This document shows, piece after piece, positions 1-7,273 of a stretch of 51,925 bases of DNA (its first letter is position 1; each line of letters starts with the position of its first letter). The notes under the pieces are model-generated. The model was not told the DNA's origin and did not search any database. It was given only the letters and a program-made list of their open reading frames with translations. This stretch comes from Eubacteriales bacterium (GTDB lineage: Bacteria; Bacillota; Clostridia; Oscillospirales; CAG-272). The stretch is taken from NCBI GenBank assembly GCA_045634705.1, contig JAZRAU010000081.1:1-51925 (forward strand). Direction: 5' to 3'. Position numbers and translations under genes: made by a program.

Positions 1-197
1 CTTTTGAGGAGATTGCCGCCATTGAGGAAGAGAAAAAACGCAAAAACGAAGAGGCTGATGCCCGTGCCCGCGAGGAAGAGGCGCGCCGCCTTGAGGAAGA
101 ACGCCTTCGCCGTGAGGAGTTTGAACGCCAGCTGCGTGAAGCCGCTTTCGGCAAAACGCCCGACGATCGCTTTAAAAACGATAACCAAGATCAATAA
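1..197 (+). CDS. 3' end of an unidentified CDS with a Glu/Arg/Lys-rich (coiled-coil-like) C-terminus
   Basis: Frame 3 is open from the window edge and reads FEEIAAIEEEKKRKNEEADARAREEEARRLEEERLRREEFERQLREAAFGKTPDDRFKNDNQDQ, with stop TAA at 195-197, followed directly by a terminator hairpin. The track ORF 4..240 is in a different frame and reads through that hairpin. Confidence 0.5.
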   Translation, partial: FEEIAAIEEEKKRKNEEADARAREEEARRLEEERLRREEFERQLREAAFGKTPDDRFKNDNQDQ

Positions 198-201
198 CCT
201 A

Positions 202-237
202 AAACAGCCAAAGCGTTGCTTTGGCTGTTTCTTTTTA
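202..237 (+). terminator. rho-independent terminator of the upstream partial CDS
   Basis: A perfect 12-bp stem, aaacagccaaag (202-213) pairing with ctttggctgttt (219-230), with a 5-nt loop and then cttttt. Confidence 0.8.
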
Positions 238-249
238 TAAATAAGGATA

Positions 250-283
250 GAAAAAGGGACTGTACTTGCATACAGTCCCTTTT
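250..283 (-). terminator. rho-independent terminator ending the decarboxylase operon
   Basis: A 10-bp stem, agggactgta (255-264) pairing with tacagtccct (271-280). On the minus strand it is followed by a T-run (complement of aaaaa 251-255). It lies 10 nt downstream of the stop at 293. Confidence 0.8.
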
Positions 284-292
284 GGTTATTGC

Positions 293-1684
293 TTAGACAG
301 AATGAATGCCGTTTTCGGCGTCGCTGTTCGGATCAAGCTTATGGCGCTGAGTCTTGCGCCACTCAAAGAACTTCACGGCCACGTTCTCAAAGAGAGCGAG
401 GGAGAGAAGGTCCTCGTCCTGCTCGGCGTAAGGCATCACGCGCTCACGCAGGGACTCGATCTCGGGCTGGAGATCGTCGGCGGGACGGTGGTTGATCGGC
501 TCAAGGTCGCCGATGATCTGCTTGCGGAACTCGGGATTGATGTCCACGGGCGTTTTGCCGTATTCACCGCGGACAAGACCGCGGAACTCCTTGGTGGTGC
601 TGGCGTAACGGCCAAAGAGGACGTTGCTGACCGCCTGAGTACCAACGATCTGGGAGGTGGGGGTAACCAGCGGAACGTAACCGGCATCGGCACGGACGCG
701 CGGCACCTCGGCCAGCACCTCGTCAAGCTTATCCGACTTGCCTGCCGCCTTCAGCTGGGACACAAGGTTCGAGAGCATACCGCCGGGAACCTGGTAGAGA
801 AGGGCGTTGACGTCCACCTTCAGGACCTTGGGATCGATCAGGCCGCTTTCGAGGTATCTCTGGCGGATCCCCGCAAAGAACTTCGAGACCTCGTCAAGCT
901 TTGCAAGGTCAAGGCCGGTATCGTAGGGCGTTCCGGCAAGCGTTGCCACAAGGGCCTCCGTGGGGGGCTGGGAGGTACCCATGGCCATCGGGGAGATCGC
1001 GGTGTCAACCACATCAACACCGGCCTCGATCGCCTTCAGGACGGTCATAGAGGCAAGGCCCGAGGTGTAGTGGGTATGGAGCTGAACGGGAACCTTGACG
1101 CGGCCCTTGATCGCCTTGACCAGCTGGTAGGCGTCGTAGGGCTTCAAAAGGCCCGCCATATCCTTAATGCAGATCGAGTTGGCGCCCATGTCCTCCAGCT
1201 GCTTGGCGTAAGCGGCAAAGAACTCGTTGTTGTGGACAGGGCTTGTGGTGTAGCTGATCGCCGCCTGCACGTGGCCGCCCTCCTTGATGGTCGCCTTAAT
1301 GGCGGTTTCAAGGTTTCTGGGGTCGTTCAGAGCATCAAAGATACGGATAATGTCAATGCCGTTGGCGAGCGACTTCTGAACGAAGTACTCAACAACGTCA
1401 TCGGAGTAGTGACGGTAGCCGAGAATGTTCTGGCCGCGGAAGAGCATCTGAAGCTTGGTGTTCTTAACGCGCTTGCGGATCGTGCGGAGACGCTCCCACG
1501 GATCCTCGTTGAGGTAGCGGAGGCAAGCGTGAAAGGTAGCGCCGCCCCAGGCCTCCAGAGAGTGATAGCCCACGCTGTCCATCGCCTCAAGGATGGGAAG
1601 CATCTCCTCGGTCGTCATTCTCGTAGCGGCAAGCGACTGGTGCGAGTCACGCAGTACGGTTTCGGTAAGAAGTACTTTAGACAT
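293..1684 (-). CDS. OadA / transcarboxylase-5S-type carboxyltransferase subunit (oxaloacetate-pyruvate side), without a fused biotin domain
   Basis: 463-aa ORF with TIM-barrel carboxyltransferase signatures: LRDSHQSL, IKDMAG (carbamyl-lysine context) and the H-x-H metal ligands in LHTHYTSG. There is no AMKM biotinyl motif at the C-terminus. An AAAGGAAA RBS precedes ATG 1684. Confidence 0.85.
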   Translation of the reverse strand: MSKVLLTETVLRDSHQSLAATRMTTEEMLPILEAMDSVGYHSLEAWGGATFHACLRYLNEDPWERLRTIRKRVKNTKLQMLFRGQNILGYRHYSDDVVEYFVQKSLANGIDIIRIFDALNDPRNLETAIKATIKEGGHVQAAISYTTSPVHNNEFFAAYAKQLEDMGANSICIKDMAGLLKPYDAYQLVKAIKGRVKVPVQLHTHYTSGLASMTVLKAIEAGVDVVDTAISPMAMGTSQPPTEALVATLAGTPYDTGLDLAKLDEVSKFFAGIRQRYLESGLIDPKVLKVDVNALLYQVPGGMLSNLVSQLKAAGKSDKLDEVLAEVPRVRADAGYVPLVTPTSQIVGTQAVSNVLFGRYASTTKEFRGLVRGEYGKTPVDINPEFRKQIIGDLEPINHRPADDLQPEIESLRERVMPYAEQDEDLLSLALFENVAVKFFEWRKTQRHKLDPNSDAENGIHSV

Positions 1685-1720
1685 GTTAGTTTTCCTTTCT
1701 CAATACTTTGTCGGTACGGC

Positions 1721-3151
1721 TTAACCGAACCAGGTCAGGAAGACGCCCGCCGCCACGGCAGAGCCGATAACACCGGCAACGTTCGGGCCCATGGCGTGCA
1801 TCAAGAGGAAGTTCGAGGGATTGTCACGGCGGCCGACGTCCTGCGCCACACGGGCGGCCATAGGAACGGCGGAAACGCCCGCAGAGCCGATCAGGGGGTT
1901 GATCTTGCCCTTGGTGAGGAAGCACATCAGCTTACCGAAGAGCAGACCGCCCGTGGTCGAGAGCATGAAGGCGAAAAGGCCAAGCATGATGATCAGGAGG
2001 GTGTCAATCGCCAGGAAGTTTTCGGCCTTGGCCGTGGCACCGACCGAAACGCCGAGGAAGATCGTGATGATGTTGATCAGCTCGTTCTGTCCGGTCTTGG
2101 AAAGACGGTCGGTCACGCCGCTGACGTTGAAGAGGTTGCCCAGCATCAAAAAGCCGACCAAAGGCGCCGCATCGGGAACGATCAGAACCACGAGAAGCGT
2201 GACAAGGATCGGGAAGATCACCTTCTCCGCCTTGCTGACGGGGCGCAGGCTCGTCATAACGATCGAGCGCTCACGCTTGGTGGTCAGAAGCTTCATCACG
2301 GGGGGCTGGATCATGGGGATAAGGGCCATGTAGCTGTAAGCGGCAATGGCAATGGCACCGAGAAGGTGAGGCGCCAGCGTCTTGGTGACAAGGATCGCCG
2401 TCGGGCCGTCCGCACCGCCGATGATGCCGATAGCGGCAGCCTCGGTAGGCGTGAAGCCAAAGATCAGAGCAAAGAAGAAGGCGGCAAAAACGCCGAACTG
2501 CGCGGCCGCACCGAGGAGCAGGCTCTTCGGGTTAGCGATCAGGGGAGAGAAGTCGGTCATTGCACCGATGCCGAGGAAGATCAGCGACGGATAAATGCCG
2601 AACTTAACGCCGATATACAGGATGTCAAGCAGGCCGCCCTCATTGAACACCTGCTTAAGAACGACCGACATCTTCATCTGAATGAAGGCGTTATCGCCCG
2701 AGGTCTTCAGCTTGGCAACCTGGCCGAGGTGCTCGCTGAAGATGGCGCGGAACTCGTCCATGCGCTCACCGATCACGGCAGCGTCAAAGCGGCAGGTTCC
2801 TTCCTCTATCGTGTAAACGGCATCGCCAAAGGCGGCCTTAACGGCATCAAGGAAAGCGGACATCTCCTGTGCAAACACGCCCTGCACAGCACCGGATTCG
2901 GTAAAGGAAATGTAATAATCATCGAAGAAAAACTCGGAGTGGTAGAGGTTTGCCCCGGGCAGGTTGGCAAGCAGCATACCAAAGGCAATGGGGAGCAGAA
3001 GCATCGGCTCAAACTTTTTGACAACGGCAAGATAAAAGAGGACGATCACGATCGCATACATGATGAGCGTCTTCCAACCGCCGGCAGTAAAGAGCTGAGC
3101 CACTCCCGTACTCTTCAAGAAATTCCCGATGTTACTGAAAATTTCACCCAT
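1721..3151 (-). CDS. Na+-translocating decarboxylase beta subunit (OadB/MmdB/GcdB family)
   Basis: 476-aa polytopic membrane ORF with hallmark family segments KKFEPMLLLPIAFG, GAMTDFSPLIANP, IGIIGGADGPTA, INPLIGSAGVSAVPMAARV and FLLMHAMGPNVAGVIGSAVAAG. It has an AAGGAG RBS. Confidence 0.92.
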   Translation of the reverse strand: MGEIFSNIGNFLKSTGVAQLFTAGGWKTLIMYAIVIVLFYLAVVKKFEPMLLLPIAFGMLLANLPGANLYHSEFFFDDYYISFTESGAVQGVFAQEMSAFLDAVKAAFGDAVYTIEEGTCRFDAAVIGERMDEFRAIFSEHLGQVAKLKTSGDNAFIQMKMSVVLKQVFNEGGLLDILYIGVKFGIYPSLIFLGIGAMTDFSPLIANPKSLLLGAAAQFGVFAAFFFALIFGFTPTEAAAIGIIGGADGPTAILVTKTLAPHLLGAIAIAAYSYMALIPMIQPPVMKLLTTKRERSIVMTSLRPVSKAEKVIFPILVTLLVVLIVPDAAPLVGFLMLGNLFNVSGVTDRLSKTGQNELINIITIFLGVSVGATAKAENFLAIDTLLIIMLGLFAFMLSTTGGLLFGKLMCFLTKGKINPLIGSAGVSAVPMAARVAQDVGRRDNPSNFLLMHAMGPNVAGVIGSAVAAGVFLTWFG

Positions 3152-3172
3152 CGGATAAGGCTCCTTTCGCTA

Positions 3173-3571
3173 TTAGCCGAGCGAGACGAGGGTGTCACCG
3201 GCGTTGACCGAGGCGCCCTTCTGAACGTTGATAGCAACAACTTTGCCGTCGCAGGGAGCGGGAATATCGTTTTCCATTTTCATGGCTTCGAGGACGCAAA
3301 GAACGTCACCCTTCTTGACGGTGGCGCCAACGGCAACCTTAACGTCAAGGATCGTGCCGGGCATCGGCGCGGTCACAGCGGTGGCACCGGCAGGGGCCGG
3401 GGCAGCGGCAGGCTTCGGAGCCTCCACCTTCTTAGGGGCGGGAGCGGCGGCCACAGGGGCAGCGGGGGCAACAGGGGCGGCAGCAACAGCGGGAGCCGCA
3501 AAATCGCCCTCGACCTCTTCAACCATAACCTCGTAAGCGGTACCGTTGACCGTGATGTTGTACTTTTTCAT
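3173..3571 (-). CDS. free-standing biotin carboxyl carrier subunit (MmdC/GcdC/1.3S-like)
   Basis: 132-aa ORF with an Ala/Pro-rich linker followed by a biotinyl domain carrying EAMKMEN. It has an AGGAGA RBS. Confidence 0.9.
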   Translation of the reverse strand: MKKYNITVNGTAYEVMVEEVEGDFAAPAVAAAPVAPAAPVAAAPAPKKVEAPKPAAAPAPAGATAVTAPMPGTILDVKVAVGATVKKGDVLCVLEAMKMENDIPAPCDGKVVAINVQKGASVNAGDTLVSLG

Positions 3572-3607
3572 TTCAAATCTCCTATTCTCCGCAAAAGCGG
3601 CAACGAA

Positions 3608-3946
3608 TTATTTTCTTTTGAAGGACACCACGCGGAAGCGGGCGGCGGGGGCAGACTCCATGGCCGCAACGGCGGCGGTAAGGACGGCAATCAGCTCAAG
3701 GTCATCGGTGGCCGTGGGCTCAGCGATGACAGGCTCCGGCTTCTTTTCAACGGGAGCCGCGGGCTTGTCGGAGAGCCTTTTGAAGATCTTGCCGGAGATC
3801 TCAAGCGCAAGCCAAAGGATTGCCAAAACGGAAAAAACGATGAGCATGCCGATGAAAAGCATCTGCAGGCCGTAAAGTGCCGCTTCGCCAAAGGGGAGCG
3901 CTTGGTTGAAGTCAACCTCCAAAAGAGGAAGCATAAAGCTTTTCAT
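3608..3946 (-). CDS. small membrane anchor subunit of Na+-pump decarboxylases (OadG/MmdD family)
   Basis: 112-aa ORF with one N-terminal TM helix (LQMLFIGMLIVFSVLAILWLAL), a Pro/Glu/Lys linker and a C-terminal LIAVLTAAVAAM...RVVSFKRK typical of the family. It has an AAGGAGG RBS. Confidence 0.75.
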   Translation of the reverse strand: MKSFMLPLLEVDFNQALPFGEAALYGLQMLFIGMLIVFSVLAILWLALEISGKIFKRLSDKPAAPVEKKPEPVIAEPTATDDLELIAVLTAAVAAMESAPAARFRVVSFKRK

Positions 3947-3957
3947 TGTGACCTCCT

Positions 3958-5430
3958 TTACAGGGGATTCACGTTATGGAGACGGGCGCGGACGGTACCC
4001 TTGTCGGCAAGCATCAGAAGCGCCGAGCAAATGCGCGCGCGCAGCTCGTTGGCGCTCACGATGTCATCGATCTCGCCCAGCGAGGCGGCCGCCACGGGAG
4101 AGGCCAGCGACTTTCTCCATTCGGCGGTCAGGTCATCGCGGGTCTTATCGGGATTGATGAGGTTGTTCCACGCAAAGGCGACCGAGGCCTCGGTGGACAG
4201 CGCACCGATCTCGGCATCATCGAGGGCATAAGCCACGTCGGCGCCGAGAGCCTTGGAGCCGAGGAGCGCAAAGGAAGCGCCGATTGCATGGCCAAGGATC
4301 ACCGTGACCTTCGGATTTTCTGACTTGGCATACGCCATAGCCAGCTTGGCGAGGTCAGCAGAGAAGGGAGCGCCCTCATTCTCGTCGCAAATGGCAAGCC
4401 CCATAGAGTCAACCAGAGTGATGAGCGGGATCGAAAACGCATCGCAGAACTCGACAAAGCGCGCGGCCTTACGGGCGGCGGCCGAGGTCAGACGGCCCTC
4501 ATCGACCGTGTAAGAGGTGCCGACAAAGCCGCACTTCACGCCGCCAACGGTGGCAAAGGCCGTCGTCAGCACAGGAGCATAGTCGTTCGAGGTCTCAAAG
4601 TAAATGCCGTGATCGGCGATCGCTGCGATCGCGGCGAGGACGTCACCGCCGAAATCTCGGTTGCCGAGCATGCGGTTAAGGTTGTCCGCCGCGGCCTCAA
4701 TGACGATCCCCTCGCCGGCACGGCTGGGCATGTAATTGAGAAGGTTGCGCGCGTACATGATCGCCATGTGACGGTCATCGGCGGAGAAGGAGGCGACAGG
4801 AGCCTGTGCTTCCTTGGCACCCGTAAACTCGGGGGCAGTTACGTAGAAACTCGCGCCCTTGGTCTTGACCACAAAATCAAACATAGCGGCAATGGCGGCA
4901 AAGGAGCCGATGCAAGCGCCCGTGATAATGGCCACCTGAGGAACAACGCCCGAGGCGGCAGAGACAGCGCGCATAATGCGGCCATAGGCGGCCAGCGCCG
5001 CGGCACCCTCAAAGATATCGGCGCCCGAGCAATCAAAAAGGCCGACAACGGGAGCGCCGTTTTTCAGTGCCATATCGTAAAGCGAGCAGATCTTCTTGGC
5101 GTGGTTCTCGTCCAGTGCCCCCTTCATACGGGCGCTGTCCTGAGCAAAGGCGTACACAAGGCGGCCGTCAATGGCACCGTAGCCGCAGATGACACCCTCT
5201 AGCTCCTCATCATGCTCAAGGCCCTGATACTCACAGAACTTGCGCTTGGTAAAAGCGCCAAGCTCAACGAAGGTATCGGTGTCAAACAGCGAGTGCAGGT
5301 TGGCTCTCGCATCCGACGAGGCAGAGGCCGCCAGCGTGGCCTTCAACTCTTCGGCGGAGGGCAGAACACAAGCGGTTTTTGCAATCTTGTATTTGTCCAA
5401 AGTGAATTCCCGATTTGCGCAGATACGCAA
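3958..5430 (-). CDS. acyl-CoA carboxyltransferase subunit, PccB / MmdA / transcarboxylase-12S family (divergent)
   Basis: Two-subdomain crotonase-like carboxyltransferase, with segments GAIDGRLVYAFAQD, GLFDCSGADIFEG, VVPQVAIITGACIG, AARFVEFCDAFSIPLITLVDS and KVTVILGHAIGAS. I moved the start to the in-frame TTG at 5430, which sits 5 nt behind AGGAG. The track start TTG 5521-5523 is the first half of the -35 TTGACA of the operon promoter. Confidence 0.8.
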   Translation of the reverse strand: MRICANREFTLDKYKIAKTACVLPSAEELKATLAASASSDARANLHSLFDTDTFVELGAFTKRKFCEYQGLEHDEELEGVICGYGAIDGRLVYAFAQDSARMKGALDENHAKKICSLYDMALKNGAPVVGLFDCSGADIFEGAAALAAYGRIMRAVSAASGVVPQVAIITGACIGSFAAIAAMFDFVVKTKGASFYVTAPEFTGAKEAQAPVASFSADDRHMAIMYARNLLNYMPSRAGEGIVIEAAADNLNRMLGNRDFGGDVLAAIAAIADHGIYFETSNDYAPVLTTAFATVGGVKCGFVGTSYTVDEGRLTSAAARKAARFVEFCDAFSIPLITLVDSMGLAICDENEGAPFSADLAKLAMAYAKSENPKVTVILGHAIGASFALLGSKALGADVAYALDDAEIGALSTEASVAFAWNNLINPDKTRDDLTAEWRKSLASPVAAASLGEIDDIVSANELRARICSALLMLADKGTVRARLHNVNPL

Positions 5431-5494
5431 ATCTTCTCCTTTCAGATAAATGTTTTTTGCAGAACTTGGGAAAACCCCAAATTCCACCAAATAT

Positions 5495-5523
5495 ACTATA
5501 TCACCAAGAAGTCCTCTTGTCAA
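5495..5523 (-). promoter_or_regulatory. sigma-A promoter of the decarboxylase operon
   Basis: The minus strand reads TTGACA (5523-5518), a 17-nt spacer, then TATAGT (5500-5495). Confidence 0.7.
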
Positions 5524-5552
5524 GGTTAAAAGGTAATATTTATATAAATAAT

Positions 5553-5584
5553 ATAAAAGAGGCTCCGTGGGGAGCCCCTTTTTA
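5553..5584 (-). terminator. terminator of the XRE/TPR regulator gene
   Basis: Stem ggctcc (5561-5566) pairing with ggagcc (5571-5576) with a 4-nt loop. It is flanked by an A-run and a T-run, so a T-tract follows it on the minus strand. It abuts the stop at 5582-5584. Confidence 0.65.
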
Positions 5585-6427
5585 CGATTGAAAGGCCGAG
5601 AGCAGATTCATCCGTTTGCAGGCGTATTTGTAAGCCTTCTCGTAGTCCTGCTCCTCGCGGTAGCAAAACTCCATATCCGAATAAAGACGGAAAAGGAAGT
5701 ACGCCGAAACCTCTGGTTCATTTTTCCTCTCCTCCAGTGCGAGGAGGATCTTCAGTGCTTCGTTGCGTTTCCTCTCGCGGAGCAGGCGCTTGGCGGTCTG
5801 GTGGAGAGCGTACAGTTCATTTTTGTAAGAGAAGGTGTCGTTATCGGTCATGTAAGCGTGCAGCTCCCCCTCACCGGCAGCGGTAATAAGCCGCAGGTAC
5901 TCGGCCTCGTCAAAATCGCGGCGCGGCGCTCTCACGTTGGCGGAAAGGGCGGCGTAAAGTGCGGCAGAGGCTCGCACAGCCTCTGTGGGAAAGATGGTGG
6001 CCCCGGCATGGGCAAGCGCCTCATGAAAATAGACGAGGGCGGTCTCCATATTTCCCGATTGGAAGGCACGCTTGCCCTCTCCCATTGCGGCGTGTGCCAT
6101 CAGGAGGGAAAGCTCATCGTCAGGATCACCGGGGAGTGACTCGCAAAGGTGAAAGCATTCGCCGTAGCGCCCGGCCAGGTAAAGTTTTTTGATCTCCGGC
6201 ATCGCGCGGCGCTTATAAAAGCCCGTGGGATCCTCATGCTCGTCAAGCAGATAGGCGGTGGGGACCCCCAGCTCCTCGGCCAGGTAACGCAGCGTTTCAA
6301 GAGAAGGGGAGGCCTTGCCCTTTTCGATCTCGCAAAGCATGTTTGGCGTGATCTTCTCGCCCGCCAGCCGCGCCTGCGTCATGCCGCGTTCGCGGCGCAG
6401 GGCCTTGATCTTTTCACCGAGTGTCAT
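5582..6427 (-). CDS. XRE-family HTH transcriptional regulator with a C-terminal TPR-like helical-repeat domain (RNPP-like architecture)
   Basis: 281 aa. The N-terminus LGEKIKALRRERGMTQARLAGEKITPNMLCEIEKGKASPSLETLRYLAEELGV is a classic Cro/C1 HTH. The remaining ~200 aa are all-helical repeats (e.g. YEKAYKYACKRMNLL). It has an AAGGAG RBS. Confidence 0.8.
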   Translation of the reverse strand: MTLGEKIKALRRERGMTQARLAGEKITPNMLCEIEKGKASPSLETLRYLAEELGVPTAYLLDEHEDPTGFYKRRAMPEIKKLYLAGRYGECFHLCESLPGDPDDELSLLMAHAAMGEGKRAFQSGNMETALVYFHEALAHAGATIFPTEAVRASAALYAALSANVRAPRRDFDEAEYLRLITAAGEGELHAYMTDNDTFSYKNELYALHQTAKRLLRERKRNEALKILLALEERKNEPEVSAYFLFRLYSDMEFCYREEQDYEKAYKYACKRMNLLSAFQS

Positions 6428-6454
6428 AGAAAGCTCCTTGTTTTTTCTGTCCGT

Positions 6455-6483
6455 ATTATATCACAAGTGCGCGACTTTGACAA
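6455..6483 (-). promoter_or_regulatory. sigma-A promoter of the XRE/TPR regulator
   Basis: The minus strand reads TTGTCA (6483-6478), a 17-nt spacer, then TATAAT (6460-6455). Confidence 0.65.
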
Positions 6484-6500
6484 TAAAAAGTAAATAAAAT

Positions 6501-7220
6501 TTACTGTCCTGCGCCAAAATCGTAAATATCGTCGATCTCCTCCTCGGTGATGTCGGTCGTCAGGCGCGAGATGTTGGTATAGGCATCGGGCACATTGCCG
6601 ACGATGACGGTTTCGGCAAGTGGAAATTTCTTTTCTATTTGGACGCGGTGGTTGCCCGAGGGAATCAGAATGAGGACTGACACGCTCACGCAGAAATTAA
6701 TGGCGTGGCGCGTTTGATTGATCCCCTGTTCCAAAAACTCGGAGGTGAAATGACCGCGAAGGTCGCGCTCCCGCCGTAAGGCGACCGATACGGTAGGGCG
6801 CGAGGAAAGAAAATTAAGGCCGAGAAGTGAGGCGACGGGAACCTTGGCTACCATATCGCCTTCGGTATTCAGGGCTTCAAGTGTTGAAAGAAGAAGGGTG
6901 GCCTGGATCACAAGGAGCTTAGCCGTATTGGCGGACAATGAGGCCACCGAGCCGTCGGTTTTGTAGGCGAGAGTGATGATGTCCGAGTAGGAGGCGGGGT
7001 TGCTTCGCATCTCGGAGAGGACCACCTCGGCCAGGATCCTTTCCACCGCATTGACGGCCTCCACCTCGGCCAAATCGGCCAGGATCGGAAAAAATTGCAG
7101 GTTGAAAACGAGGAAAAGCAGTAACAAAAGGATAAGCAAAATACACAGCTTATAACGGAGCCGCAGGCCCTTCCGCCGCCGTCGGCGCTCCGAAATGTAA
7201 CACGCACAAGGCTCAGACAT
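6501..7220 (-). CDS. yunB: sporulation protein YunB
   Basis: Basic N-terminus plus a single TM (LCILLILLLLLFLVF), then a YunB-like body (AEVEAVNAVERILAEVV...ITLAYKTDGSVASLSANT...LGLNFLSSRPTVSV...ETVIVGNVPDAY). The start is set at ATG 7220 behind GGGGGTGG. The track start 7250 adds 10 aa with no RBS. Confidence 0.65.
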   Translation of the reverse strand: MSEPCACYISERRRRRKGLRLRYKLCILLILLLLLFLVFNLQFFPILADLAEVEAVNAVERILAEVVLSEMRSNPASYSDIITLAYKTDGSVASLSANTAKLLVIQATLLLSTLEALNTEGDMVAKVPVASLLGLNFLSSRPTVSVALRRERDLRGHFTSEFLEQGINQTRHAINFCVSVSVLILIPSGNHRVQIEKKFPLAETVIVGNVPDAYTNISRLTTDITEEEIDDIYDFGAGQ

Positions 7221-7273
7221 AAAACCACCCCCAAGGGCAGTATATGCCAAGGGGGCGGATTTGGTTCCTTACA

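Noticed and set aside
4-240. A 78-aa + strand track ORF at the window start
   Set aside because: It is in the wrong frame. Frame 3 gives a coherent charged coiled-coil C-terminus ending at 197, just before a terminator. The track ORF reads through the terminator hairpin.
266-4231. A 1321-aa + strand ORF spanning almost 4 kb
   Set aside because: It runs antisense to five well-supported minus-strand genes of the decarboxylase operon. Its translation is low-complexity Gly/Arg/Ala/Val/Asp-rich with no recognisable domain, and it has no RBS. Long stop-free antisense frames are expected in GC-rich coding DNA.
7221-7273. A possible sigma-E-type promoter (CATATACT) upstream of yunB
   Set aside because: Only a partial -10-like match was found, with no acceptable -35 at the right spacing. 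Evidence is insufficient to report it as a feature.
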